The translations under genes were made by a program, and so were the position numbers. This document shows positions 19,668 to 29,704 of a stretch of DNA of 64,000 nucleotides, one piece after another (within the stretch, counting starts at the first letter, position 1; each line of letters starts with the position of its first letter). Source of the DNA: Limisphaerales bacterium. Lineage in GTDB: Bacteria > Verrucomicrobiota > Verrucomicrobiia > Limisphaerales > SIBE01. Location: the NCBI GenBank assembly GCA_044225505.1, contig JBGAIN010000020.1, positions 1 through 64,000 on the forward strand. The letters run 5' to 3'. The notes under the pieces were generated by a model. It searched no databases and was not told the DNA's origin. It saw only the letters and a list, made by a program, of their open reading frames with translations.

Positions 19668-20735
19668 TTAATTGTAATAAAATGTAAAGCGAACGTCTCG
19701 ATATTCTTTGCCGACCAAACGACGTAGATCCGCCGGCCATGGAGCAAACGGTGCCGGATCTTGGACGGCGCGCTGGCATAGCAGCCCCAGGATCTCTGTC
19801 ACGCCGTTCTCGCTCACTTTCATATCAGTGACCCGGCCGTCCGAATTCAAGCGAAATTCCAGGATGACTTTGCCCGAGTAGCTTGCCGCAAAGCTCCGAG
19901 ATTCCAACAGGTCGTACCATCGCTTTTGGATCGCTGCAATAATTGCTGCGTCGTAAGCTCCGAACGGGGTTGCTCGGACATCAAAACTCGGCTCGAGCGA
20001 GAAGCGTTTTACACCGCCGGCTTGCTTGACCTTCTCACCGGCCACGCCGTTCCGCTGGCGCCGCGCTGCCTCCAAAGTTCGCGGGCGAGGCTCAGGCGGT
20101 CGCGGTCGCTCGACTGGCTCCCGAGGCTTGACTTCAGCCGGCTCAATTGGTTTTTCCGAAGGCTTTGCCAGCGCCAAATCTCCCACGTGGGTCGGTTTTT
20201 CCGGGGCTGGTTCGGGTGGAGGCTGTGGCTTCGGCGGTGCCGGTGTTTGAACTCGTTCTGGCGGTGGAGTGGCTGGAGTTGGTTGTGGAGCGGGCGCTGG
20301 GGCTGGTTGCAATGGTTGAGCTTGTGGCGTGGCCCGTTCCATGGTTTGTGGGACGTGTTCCTGGACTCCATCAATTTTAGGGACAGGTGTGTCTTTTTGG
20401 ATATCGGGATTGGCCGCAAGCGAGTTCAGTGCCGAGTAGTACTTAGCGTCTTTAGGAGGAGCAGGTGTCGCCAGATTCGGGTCGACTTCGACGAATACCA
20501 GCGGAATCTCTTCTTCACGCTGCTGTTGAATCTCCTCCCGTTGACGAGCCGTCTCCACGTCTAAGCGTCTCTGTTGCTCTGCAAAGAGGACAGTGGCTTT
20601 CCAGAATCCAGTTTGATAGCCCAGTTCCAAAGTGGCAAACAACAGCAGATGAAAAACGAGAGAAAACGCAAACGCTCTGGCAACGTATGGGGATGCCAGG
20701 CTCGAACGGCGGAGGTCCGATTGCGCGAGAACCAT
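19668..20735 (-). CDS. TonB/TolA-like protein (TM anchor, Pro-rich linker, TonB C-terminal domain)
   Basis: SLVFH TM motif; Pro-rich spacer; C-terminal IQKRW...GKVILEFRLNSDGRV...APFAPWP. Confidence 0.85.
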   Translation of the reverse strand: MVLAQSDLRRSSLASPYVARAFAFSLVFHLLLFATLELGYQTGFWKATVLFAEQQRRLDVETARQREEIQQQREEEIPLVFVEVDPNLATPAPPKDAKYYSALNSLAANPDIQKDTPVPKIDGVQEHVPQTMERATPQAQPLQPAPAPAPQPTPATPPPERVQTPAPPKPQPPPEPAPEKPTHVGDLALAKPSEKPIEPAEVKPREPVERPRPPEPRPRTLEAARRQRNGVAGEKVKQAGGVKRFSLEPSFDVRATPFGAYDAAIIAAIQKRWYDLLESRSFAASYSGKVILEFRLNSDGRVTDMKVSENGVTEILGLLCQRAVQDPAPFAPWPADLRRLVGKEYRDVRFTFYYN

Positions 20736-20784
20736 CGGTCAAAGCATGCCGTAGGTCGTCCCTACGGGCAACCGTTAGTTCATC

Positions 20785-22179
20785 TCACAGGGTGATCGAC
20801 TGTTTATAGTCTGGCACGAGAACTTCCGCTTCTGGTTTTGACGATCGCAGGGTTTCAGCAAAGGCAAAGCACTGTTCGGCCTCACCGTGAATCACCGCGA
20901 TACGCTGAATATTGCCCGTAATACGGTCAACGTACTGTTTCAGCTCTTGCCTGTCCGCGTGGCCCGAAAACGAGTCGATCGACGCTACGCGCGCGCGGAC
21001 AGGATGCGGTTCGCCAAAGATACTGACGGTTTCACGTCCGGAAAGAATCTGCGCTCCCAAGGTATGTTCTGCGCAATAGCCAATAAAAAGAATCAGGTTT
21101 TTAGGATCGCCAACATGATTCTTCAGATGATGTCGAATACGCCCCGCTTCGGCCATCCCAGAAGCACTGATTATGATGGCGGCATCGGTTAGTTCATTCA
21201 GTTTCATTGAGCGCGACACCTCGCGGAGATAGGTTAGGTTCTCCATCCCGAAGGGGTTTTCTTTTTCCCGCAGGAATCTATAAATGCTGTCGTTGAAGCA
21301 CTCCGGATGCAGCCGATAAATCTCAGTCGCATTCACGCTCAGGGGACTGTCGACGAAAATCGGCGTCGGCGGCAGCAAGCGCGCATCGGTGAGTTGATGT
21401 AGGGTATAGACAATTTGCTGCGTACGACCAACCGAGAAGGCTGGAATAATGACTTTTCCTTTGTTTGCGATGGTCTCTCGAACTAAACCGGCCACTTCGT
21501 CGTTCGCGGTCGCCTTTGCAGAATGGAGTCTCCCTCCGTACGTGCTCTCAACCTGTAAGAAGTCTACCCCCTCAACCGGTTCGGGATCTCGCAAAATGTC
21601 ATCATGCCCTCGTCCGATATCGCCGCTGAACAAATAACGGAGTCGTCGCGGGCCTTCCCGCAGGTCGAGGACAACCTGCGCCGAACCGAGAATGTGCCCA
21701 GCATCCCGAAAAGTGAGCGTTACGCCATCTCCGATCACAATGGGACGATCATAATTCAAGGTCACGAATTGGCGGATCGCCCGCTCCGCGTCGGTCGCCG
21801 AGTATAAAGGCTCCACCGGCGGCAGCCCCTGTCGAGCTTTTTTCTTGGACACATATTCGGCGTCCGCTCGCTGGATTTCTGCGGAATCCTCCAACATAAT
21901 GCTCGCCAAATCCCGAGTCGCAAATGTTGCGTAAATGCTGCCTGCGAATCCTTGACGGCATAAATTAGGCAGGTTCCCGCAATGATCAATATGGGCGTGA
22001 CTCAGGACCATGGCGTCGATTGACCTGGGGTCAAATGGAAATTGCCGGTTGCGCTCGATCGATTCTCCACGCTTCCCTTGAAACAGTCCGCACTCCAGCA
22101 GCACGCGCTGCTGATTGATCTCGAGAAGGTACATCGAGCCCGTTGTTGTCCGGGTGGCTCCAAGAAATTGCAGTCGCAT
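20785..22179 (-). CDS. MBL-fold beta-CASP ribonuclease (YSH1/CPSF73-like)
   Basis: SHAHIDH, AGHILGS, FSGD, ESTYG, IPAFSVGRTQ, SGHAD and IHGE. Confidence 0.93.
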   Translation of the reverse strand: MRLQFLGATRTTTGSMYLLEINQQRVLLECGLFQGKRGESIERNRQFPFDPRSIDAMVLSHAHIDHCGNLPNLCRQGFAGSIYATFATRDLASIMLEDSAEIQRADAEYVSKKKARQGLPPVEPLYSATDAERAIRQFVTLNYDRPIVIGDGVTLTFRDAGHILGSAQVVLDLREGPRRLRYLFSGDIGRGHDDILRDPEPVEGVDFLQVESTYGGRLHSAKATANDEVAGLVRETIANKGKVIIPAFSVGRTQQIVYTLHQLTDARLLPPTPIFVDSPLSVNATEIYRLHPECFNDSIYRFLREKENPFGMENLTYLREVSRSMKLNELTDAAIIISASGMAEAGRIRHHLKNHVGDPKNLILFIGYCAEHTLGAQILSGRETVSIFGEPHPVRARVASIDSFSGHADRQELKQYVDRITGNIQRIAVIHGEAEQCFAFAETLRSSKPEAEVLVPDYKQSITL

Positions 22180-22310
22180 GGAGAGTAGGATGGGGGCATC
22201 GGTTCTGAGGGCAAGCTTTTGCTGCCCTGGAAAGCAACCACCCGGATAGATGCAGCGGCAAATCCGAAGGTCCCTTGTGCGGGGAGAGAAGCGCTCCCGC
22301 TAACTGGGAC

Positions 22311-22349
22311 TTGACAGTCAGCTAAAAGTGTATTACTGAACTAATACAC
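22311..22349 (+). promoter_or_regulatory. -35 TTGACA and YtrA-type operator GTGTATTA-N6-TAATACAC
   Basis: TTGACA at 22311-22316; perfect 8-bp inverted repeat at 22328-22349 ending 1 nt before the GntR ATG. Confidence 0.8.
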
Positions 22350-22350
22350 A

Positions 22351-22743
22351 ATGCAACTGCACCTGACCCCGAGTGATGGCCTGCCCATCTATCGCCAGGT
22401 CGTGAACCAGGTGAAGTACCTGGTCGCGGCAGGACGGCTAGCATCGGGTGAGGAACTTCCTGCAATTCGGACTCTGGCCGAGCAGTTGGTTGTCAACCCC
22501 AATACCATAGCTCGTGCCTACTTAGAGCTGGAACGCGCTGGCATTGTAACCAAGCGGCATGGCTCTGGCACCTACGTTACCGATGGAAGCTCGCCGCTAA
22601 AGCGCGGCGAACGGCTTAGATTATTGACCCAACGAGCGGATGCGCTTCTTGCGGAGGCTCGTCACCTGCAGATTGAGTTGGACGATGTGGTGGCGTTGCT
22701 GCGTCAACGTGCGGAATTGCTAGAGCCGGAGGAGCAAAAATGA
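22351..22743 (+). CDS. GntR family (YtrA subfamily) transcriptional regulator
   Basis: PIYRQV...LPAIRTLAEQLVVNPNTIARAYLELE...GSGTYV with a short C-terminus; precedes an ABC transporter. Confidence 0.93.
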   Translation: MQLHLTPSDGLPIYRQVVNQVKYLVAAGRLASGEELPAIRTLAEQLVVNPNTIARAYLELERAGIVTKRHGSGTYVTDGSSPLKRGERLRLLTQRADALLAEARHLQIELDDVVALLRQRAELLEPEEQK

Positions 22744-23666
22744 CAAATCCCGAGGTCCGAAATATGAACAGTGTTATTAAAATCGACCGGGTGTCGCGTC
22801 ACTACCGGAATCGCGTCGCCTTGGAAAATGTTTCTCTCGCGGTCACCGAAGGCAAGGTTTTCGGACTTGTAGGAGTCAACGGTGCAGGTAAAACCACCTT
22901 GATCAAGCATATCTTAGGCTTGTTGCGTCCTCAGACGGGTACAGTGTCCGTCTTCGGAATGGATCCAGTCGTGGACCCCGCGGGCGTGCTAGGGCAGATT
23001 GGGTTTGTTTCCGAAGATCGCGATCTGCCGCATTGGATGCGTGTCGAGGAGCTGATGAGATATTCCCGAGCTTTTTATCCGAAGTGGGACAACGCCTACG
23101 CCGAGGAGCTCCGCGACGGTTTTCAGCTTGATCGGCAGGCCTTGGTAAAAAACTTGTCGCGTGGCGAACTGGCCAAGGCAGGGCTCTTGGTAGCACTGGC
23201 GCACCGACCTGCCTTGCTCGTCCTGGATGAACCGAGTTCCGGCTTGGACCCTATTGTGCGCCGCGAAATGTTAGAGGCAATCGTGCGAACCGTCGCTGAC
23301 GAAGGCAGAACTGTCCTGTTCTCTTCCCATCTACTAGATGAGATTGAGCGAGTCTCAGATCAAATCGCCATGATGGCGAATGGTCGGGTCGTCCTTCAGG
23401 GAACGCTGCCGGAGATTCTGGAATCGCATCATCGGTTGGTCCTGAGATTTGACCGACCTCTGGCCACGCCACCCACCCTGAAGGGCGCGCTGCGCATTTG
23501 TGGCGATGGGATGGAATGGACGGTTGTCTGCAATGGTACACGTGCAGACGTTATCACCTCGGCCAGCCGGCAAGGAGGGCGGCTTGTTGCGGAGGAAGCC
23601 GCTACGTTGGATGATATTTTCCTTGCCCGGGTTACTTCAAACCTTCCGGACCAGAAAGTCGCGTGA
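22740..23666 (+). CDS. ABC transporter ATP-binding protein (YtrB-like)
   Basis: GVNGAGKT, LSRGE, LVLDEP and SSH. Confidence 0.93.
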   Translation: MTNPEVRNMNSVIKIDRVSRHYRNRVALENVSLAVTEGKVFGLVGVNGAGKTTLIKHILGLLRPQTGTVSVFGMDPVVDPAGVLGQIGFVSEDRDLPHWMRVEELMRYSRAFYPKWDNAYAEELRDGFQLDRQALVKNLSRGELAKAGLLVALAHRPALLVLDEPSSGLDPIVRREMLEAIVRTVADEGRTVLFSSHLLDEIERVSDQIAMMANGRVVLQGTLPEILESHHRLVLRFDRPLATPPTLKGALRICGDGMEWTVVCNGTRADVITSASRQGGRLVAEEAATLDDIFLARVTSNLPDQKVA

Positions 23667-23667
23667 C

Positions 23668-25695
23668 ATGAATTCAGCCTCGAAAGCTCTGGTTTGGAGA
23701 TTCTGGCGGAAGAACCGTTCGGGATTCATTCTATTGCTGATTTTGCTTGGTTTTTGTGGGGGACTACGTGTCTGTCTCGAGCAGGCAAGTTCTCGGCTGC
23801 GAGCGAAGCAGGGGCACTTTGCGAGAGAAAGCCAAGGTACAGTCTCGGTGAAGGAGTTCCTGACCTCGCGAGATGGGACCAAAGTGGGTTCGGCGACGAT
23901 TCAAGTCGGGCTTAGCGGATACAGTGGGATTGTGAACCCGCAAGACGAGCTGGTCTGGTCTGGCGTTTTGCTCGGAGGAACGGTGCCGGTGCTGAGAGCG
24001 AGCATTGGAACCAACGAAATTTGCCAGACCGAGCCGTTGCCCCCTTTCTTAACGATCCGAATGAACAACGGGACTCGACGAACGGTGCAATTCGAGAGAG
24101 CGCAAGATTTGGCGGCTGAGATTAGCGGTCTGTCAGCGAGACTGGACGATTGGCGAGCCGCAGCTTGGGTCTGGAGCATTCTATGCACCGGGTTTTCGGT
24201 GCTCGTTTTGTATGCGGTCTTTGCCGCTGCTGAATCGAATGGCGTGCGCGGTTTTACAGGAATGCCTCCCGCTTGGTTTACCCTCCCATTGACGACAGCC
24301 CAGTTAGCGTTTTGGCCAGTGGGGTTGGGAACTCTCTCCGTTCTGGCCACGAGTTTTGCTTGGACATGGGGAATCCTCTCGGGCGTGAACCCTGAGTCGC
24401 GTGCTATTCCTCATGTTTACATCGCGACCGTCTTGGTGGTGGGGTTGGTCCTTTTTCAGATCTTGATTTGGGCCCTACCTGCCTTTCCCAAGTTACGAGC
24501 CATCGCGATCTCCGGCCTTGTGTTAGCAATCCTAGGCTTGGCCGTACTTCCTTTTTCGGCGGGACCTGTTCCTGTCTTAAACCAAATCATGGACGGGCGG
24601 ATGCCTGTTGGAACAGATCAAACGCTTGAACTTTCGGAATGGAGTCGCTGGATTGCAGCGCTCGGCTTCGTATCTTGGAGTGTGGCGGTCGGCCTTGCAT
24701 GGGTGGTGGTGGAAAAGGTGCGCCACGGCAGTTGGGCGGCGTGGCGATACCCTTCAATTCTAGATCGCTTACGGTCGTCCGTAGCTTCCCGAAGACGGGA
24801 GTTTGCGTCGCCCAGCGCGGCGCAGCGATGGATCGAATGGCGACGGAACGGAAGACGCCCCTTATTAGTCTGGACTTTGGGGGTGTGGGCAATCCTCGGC
24901 ATCGACTTAGCAGCCCGAATCGGTTGGACGCAGCTTCGCCCATACGCTAATGAGTTGGTTGAGCTTTGGCCGCTCTGGGCCTTGGGTTGGATAGTTGTCA
25001 CCGGGCTGAATCTGGCTCGCGATGCGACGTCTGGGACACTGGCGCTTTCGTCGTTCACCGCGACGCGACCGCTCGCGACTGGATCGCTCTACGCGACAAA
25101 AATTGTTGTCGGATTCCAGCTCTGGGGGGCAGCAGTGATCATCGGGACGGCAAGTTGGGGCGCGGCCTTTGTATTGGAAAATGCCCTGGTCCGGGAAACA
25201 ACTTTCCTTTTCTCCGAGTGGCAATGGAGGGACTTTTTAGTTATCGGAGTAGTGGTCTGGATGGCTGGCGTCCATCTACTGGTTGGGATTTTGCCCCTTT
25301 GTTTATCCGGACGTCTTCCGGGTTTTCCTTGGTCGCTACTGCCTTACTTGCTTTTTTACGCGGCGATCATCAATGGCTGGCACTTACGGTCCGGAAGCCA
25401 TGCGGAATTTGCGCTTGTCGCGTTGACTTTAATCTTCGCCGGCAAGCTTGCGGTCGCCTACTGGGGGTTCCGGATTTCGCTGGCGCAGAAGGCAATTTCG
25501 AAGCGAGTGGTCATGGAGACGGTCGTGGCCTGGATTGCCTGTACATTTTTTCTGGCGGCTTTGGCCTGGTCCAGTGCCGAGAAGGAGGGTTGGACCACGG
25601 CGTCCATGCTCTTTGTCCCTGGCGCCCTACTCTTAGTCCCTTTGGCACGCCTCGCTATATCACCAATGGCATTGTTGGTTAACCGACACCGGTAG
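23668..25695 (+). CDS. Multi-pass membrane protein, probable ABC permease
   Basis: ATG 1 nt after the ATPase stop; two hydrophobic halves, each starting with a WxxWR[KR]N-like motif; large loop after TM1. Confidence 0.75.
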   Translation: MNSASKALVWRFWRKNRSGFILLLILLGFCGGLRVCLEQASSRLRAKQGHFARESQGTVSVKEFLTSRDGTKVGSATIQVGLSGYSGIVNPQDELVWSGVLLGGTVPVLRASIGTNEICQTEPLPPFLTIRMNNGTRRTVQFERAQDLAAEISGLSARLDDWRAAAWVWSILCTGFSVLVLYAVFAAAESNGVRGFTGMPPAWFTLPLTTAQLAFWPVGLGTLSVLATSFAWTWGILSGVNPESRAIPHVYIATVLVVGLVLFQILIWALPAFPKLRAIAISGLVLAILGLAVLPFSAGPVPVLNQIMDGRMPVGTDQTLELSEWSRWIAALGFVSWSVAVGLAWVVVEKVRHGSWAAWRYPSILDRLRSSVASRRREFASPSAAQRWIEWRRNGRRPLLVWTLGVWAILGIDLAARIGWTQLRPYANELVELWPLWALGWIVVTGLNLARDATSGTLALSSFTATRPLATGSLYATKIVVGFQLWGAAVIIGTASWGAAFVLENALVRETTFLFSEWQWRDFLVIGVVVWMAGVHLLVGILPLCLSGRLPGFPWSLLPYLLFYAAIINGWHLRSGSHAEFALVALTLIFAGKLAVAYWGFRISLAQKAISKRVVMETVVAWIACTFFLAALAWSSAEKEGWTTASMLFVPGALLLVPLARLAISPMALLVNRHR

Positions 25696-25849
25696 GAGAG
25701 CAGCGTAGTCCCTGGGACGCAAAGGCAAGTTACGTGATGCAAAGTGCCGTTTGACGCGACGGCTCATGGACTTCTTAGTCGCGCGACCTCAGGTCGCCAA
25801 CCAACTGCTGCGCGGTCGCGTCTGAGAGTTAGCTCGCGCGGACCAAGGT

Positions 25850-27334
25850 TTAGAGCGGAATCCGCGCAATTTTCAACGCGAGATCCTCTGAGAAACCAGG
25901 GGATTGGAAGTTTCGGTTTCCCCCTGGGTGCGTGAACGGTTGGTCCGGAGTGTTCGTGCCGGACTTCGGATCGATCCACTCCGCTCGATATGTTCCGGCC
26001 GGTAACTTGGTTTCGATAACAACGGACGTTGGCTGACTGACTGCAGGGAGCACATACACGGCATAGGCTTGGCCAGGCTCGCTCAGGACTTGGGTTCGCG
26101 CTTTGGCTGGATGCACCTGCACGACGAAGCCCGGATCAGGCGACATTTGAACGAAGTCGAAACTTGTGAGAAACTCCTTGAGAATTCTCAACTCTCGGCG
26201 AAGGTGTGCGTTGCCGCCGCCTGGCTGCGCAGCAGGATAAAGGAAAGATCCATCCTCGTGGCCAGAGGTGAACGAATAATCGAGGTTGTTGTATAAGGCT
26301 CCACCTGCCAAGAGAAATTCCCAAGCTTCGGAGCGATATGGGAGGTTATTCGTTCCACGAAAGCCCGTCTCGTTATCTCCGAGGACCTTGCCCAGAGCGA
26401 AATTCATCGAAACCGCTTCCGGCGGGGTGGCGTAGTGAAAGTTGAATATGGAAATGGCACGGTGCGGGTTCTCAATCCGGGCCGACTTGTTGGCAATGTT
26501 TTGCGAGATCAGTTTTGGTGCAGGGTGGTCCTTCTGCGTTTCAACGATAATATCAGCAATGTGAGATTGCCATTCGAGCGTCACCCCACCGAAGTAAGGT
26601 TCGTTGCAGATCTCGTAATAGACGTTGTCGTACGGGCTCAGCTCACTGACAAACTTTTGCACCATCCGCTCCTGGACCCTTAGGAGTTGGCCGCTTTGAT
26701 CCAGGGTATAGACATTGGTTCGCGCGACTTTCTCAAAGTTGTTGATATTATTGTCGGGATGGAACGGACTAAGTCGCCACTGACTTTCTTCGTAAAAGGG
26801 GCAAAAAAGATTGATCTCCACCACGACGCCGGAGGTTCGAGCGTAAGTGACAAAATCATGCAGCCGTTGAAAATACACTGGATTCCAGGCGGTCAGGTCG
26901 AACCGACGTCCGCTGGTATTCGGTCGTGGGTCATCTCGGGTGATCCACGGACTGAGGAAACGATCTGGAGAGGGAGCAAGAGTGTTTTGCGCGATGTTGA
27001 ATGCCCCGGCCGGTTCCACGTACGCTCCGCCCGTAAATACTCGAGTAAGGTTGAGTCGGTCTGCCGCAAGTGTGTCAAGGTACTTTCGGAAATTGAAGTC
27101 GAGGTTCAGAACGGCGCCGTAATGCTCGCCGGAAGTCACCAGAATCACCGGCTGGCCGCGCCACTCGAAGTAGTGAGGATTTCTAGGACTCAGTCTTAGA
27201 ACTCCGTCCGGTTTCGGAGCTGCTTTCGCGTGGAAGGCCAGAATCAATCCACAAATCGGTGTGATCAGGATTCCCCAATGCTTCAAGATACGGAATGGTT
27301 GGCTGGTCGGTGAGGGGCGAAAGCGATGAATCAT
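25850..27334 (-). CDS. Secreted clan GH-A glycoside hydrolase-like protein (cellulase/DUF4038-like) with C-terminal collagen-binding-like domain
   Basis: Signal peptide; EICNEP (acid/base), FHY, DNETG (nucleophile); C-terminal YRAEWIDPKSG. Confidence 0.75.
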   Translation of the reverse strand: MIHRFRPSPTSQPFRILKHWGILITPICGLILAFHAKAAPKPDGVLRLSPRNPHYFEWRGQPVILVTSGEHYGAVLNLDFNFRKYLDTLAADRLNLTRVFTGGAYVEPAGAFNIAQNTLAPSPDRFLSPWITRDDPRPNTSGRRFDLTAWNPVYFQRLHDFVTYARTSGVVVEINLFCPFYEESQWRLSPFHPDNNINNFEKVARTNVYTLDQSGQLLRVQERMVQKFVSELSPYDNVYYEICNEPYFGGVTLEWQSHIADIIVETQKDHPAPKLISQNIANKSARIENPHRAISIFNFHYATPPEAVSMNFALGKVLGDNETGFRGTNNLPYRSEAWEFLLAGGALYNNLDYSFTSGHEDGSFLYPAAQPGGGNAHLRRELRILKEFLTSFDFVQMSPDPGFVVQVHPAKARTQVLSEPGQAYAVYVLPAVSQPTSVVIETKLPAGTYRAEWIDPKSGTNTPDQPFTHPGGNRNFQSPGFSEDLALKIARIPL

Positions 27335-27465
27335 GCTTGAAGGCCTATCAGATCAGGCCACGATCTGCCAGCCTGGGGAACACTCCAGGACTGAAACTAA
27401 ACCCGCATCCGGTTAGGGCGCTTCGATGCGCCAAGCTCCGCCCGAGTCTCGATGAATGCTTCGAA

Positions 27466-28011
27466 TCAAGACAGACGGGTCGCTTTACGCTGGTCTCGGT
27501 CGGCAAGCAGCTTGGCCAACGCAACACGATGAGACGAGAAGGCAAACTCCGTTGGATCGACTTCTTTTGGCGACAGCCAATGAAAACTCTGCACCTCTTC
27601 GTCGGCCGGAAAGATGTGGCCTTCAGCTGGGACGGCGACGAAAAACGTATCCAGGACCGAATACGTTACGCTTCGATAAGTATAGACGTTTGGTTGCGAG
27701 CATAAATAATGAACATCCTGGATGCCCAAGCCCAACTCCTCCCGAATCTCACGGGTTACAGCTTGCTCCGCTGTCTCGCCGGCATCAATGAACCCGCCGG
27801 GAAATCCCAGTTTGCCCTTCTCTGGTTCCTTGCCGCGGCGAATGAACAAAGCTTCGTGCGCCGAGTTGAGGACGATTGCGACCGCAGCTAGTGCTGGATT
27901 GAAGTAGTAAACGAAGCCACAGCGGTCGCAGGCGAACGCGTTCTGTCGTGAGGGGGCGTCCCATGAGTGACCGCATTTTGGACAAAAATGGAAATGCTCG
28001 ATTGGCCTCAT
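27466..28011 (-). CDS. NUDIX hydrolase with N-terminal zinc ribbon
   Basis: FCPKCG...CDRCG and the Nudix box GGFIDAGETAEQAVTREIREELG. Confidence 0.92.
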   Translation of the reverse strand: MRPIEHFHFCPKCGHSWDAPSRQNAFACDRCGFVYYFNPALAAVAIVLNSAHEALFIRRGKEPEKGKLGFPGGFIDAGETAEQAVTREIREELGLGIQDVHYLCSQPNVYTYRSVTYSVLDTFFVAVPAEGHIFPADEEVQSFHWLSPKEVDPTEFAFSSHRVALAKLLADRDQRKATRLS

Positions 28012-28087
28012 GGCCGGCGAGAGTGCCGGCTGCCAGGCGGAGAGTAAAGCCATTCCGATTTGCCGTCACTCACTGACATTGAAGGAA

Positions 28088-29479
28088 TCAGCTGCGTGGC
28101 CAAATGCGGAGCCAAAAGCGTTGAGGCGAATGAATCAGGACTTCGCGAAGGAGAACATCCAGCCGCGCCGCGGCAGGTTCTTCCAAGCGTCTGGCTAACA
28201 CAAGGGTAATGAGAAATGCTATGGTGACGAGACCGAAGAATATGCTGTAACCGTTCCATTCAATGCCATGCCAAGAAGTGGCAACGTGAGTGAGCAGGTC
28301 GATCAGCAGGCCCCAGAAAATCGGGGCGAGCCCAAGAGTGACGTTAAGGACGACCGAATAGATGGCAAAGAAATGGCTTCGGCCCATCGAGGGTATGACA
28401 GCCATGGCAAGGCGGGTGTTGGCCATGTTAATGAGTGCAGCGAAAAGGCCCATCAGCACTTGCAGGAGGAGTATTATTCCCAGGTGCGCCGGCAATCGTC
28501 CACCGGCTAGCAGCGTCCATCCGGTACTGATTAAGATCCAGATCGAGAAAGAGAGGACGAGAACGGGACGGCTTCCCAATCGGTCAAGGCTGGATCCCAA
28601 GAACCAGAGACTGCCAAGGCCTCCCAGAAATGCGGTCGAAACCACCAACAGAATGTCTCGGTCGGCCCAATGGGTTTCCACTTTGAGGAACGAGACAGTG
28701 AAGGTCGTCATCCCGCCGTAAGCCACGGACCATCCGAACACGGTCCAGAGCAACTTGCGGAAGGGACCGAAGCGAGCCATTTCCAGAAATGGAACGGGAG
28801 CACGAGAGGAGTGAGCTCTTTCCTGGACGGGGACGTCGGGAATGCGCTTGAGGAACGTAAGACTGATTGCACCTGTCACAGCACTAAAAGCGAAATCTAT
28901 CGCGAACCGGACGCCCGATGGGCTATGACCCAGGCAGATTGCGGAGAAAATGAGAGTCAGGAAGCTACCTAAATTGACAAATGCCGCCTCGCGCGCCAGA
29001 TAGCGACCTCGCGCATCGGGTGGGACGAGGGACGTGAGCCAGGGTAGCCAAGCGCTGCTCGAGATTCCTCGCGAGAGGTTGAAGGCGAACAATAACGTGA
29101 GCATCAGGGATAGTCGGCTGGTGGTATTCAAGAACGGGGCGGTCAGCGGAACCAAGGCCATGATGAAAATGACAGACACACGAGCACCCCAGCCCGCGTA
29201 AACAAATCGTTTGTAGCCGACTCGATCTACGTAACTGGCCGCAGGGATTTGGAAAATGACCAGCAGCGGCATCATTCCGGCGATGATGCCGAGGACTGTG
29301 GCCGTCGCTTCCAGGCTTTTGGCGTATAGCACCATAGGACTGCCCAGAACGATCTGAAATGAGAACGCGTTGAAGATCGCAAACGTGAAAGCGTTCGCCA
29401 GACCAGGAGGAAACAATGGGGCCGCCGTGGGCTGGAGCGGTGGGGTGTTATTGCGCAAAACTTCCATTCCCTTGAGCAT
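28088..29479 (-). CDS. MFS transporter
   Basis: About 12 hydrophobic segments; loop motifs VDRVGYKR and LDRLGSRP. Confidence 0.88.
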   Translation of the reverse strand: MLKGMEVLRNNTPPLQPTAAPLFPPGLANAFTFAIFNAFSFQIVLGSPMVLYAKSLEATATVLGIIAGMMPLLVIFQIPAASYVDRVGYKRFVYAGWGARVSVIFIMALVPLTAPFLNTTSRLSLMLTLLFAFNLSRGISSSAWLPWLTSLVPPDARGRYLAREAAFVNLGSFLTLIFSAICLGHSPSGVRFAIDFAFSAVTGAISLTFLKRIPDVPVQERAHSSRAPVPFLEMARFGPFRKLLWTVFGWSVAYGGMTTFTVSFLKVETHWADRDILLVVSTAFLGGLGSLWFLGSSLDRLGSRPVLVLSFSIWILISTGWTLLAGGRLPAHLGIILLLQVLMGLFAALINMANTRLAMAVIPSMGRSHFFAIYSVVLNVTLGLAPIFWGLLIDLLTHVATSWHGIEWNGYSIFFGLVTIAFLITLVLARRLEEPAAARLDVLLREVLIHSPQRFWLRIWPRS

Positions 29480-29704
29480 CGGTGCTGCGAACGGAGTATT
29501 CGTTAGAGTCTACTCAACCCTGCCGGCAAACAAACAAATTTTCAGGTCGTCAAATGCCTAGGCGCTTTTTCGCTAGGAGTTTACCTGGACCTCCCGGCTT
29601 GGACAAGGCATGAAGCCCTAGAGCGGTCTAGACCGGCGCTTCCAAAGTGGGGTGCTCGCTCGGAGCTGGCCGGGCTGTTGGCCCTGGTGTACAATCAAAG
29701 CTCT

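Noticed and set aside
23500..23667. ORF-track N-terminal extensions (also those starting at 48202, 51305, 54981 and 56117)
   Set aside because: They overlap upstream genes or read as non-protein-like; downstream ATG starts fit the domain boundaries better.
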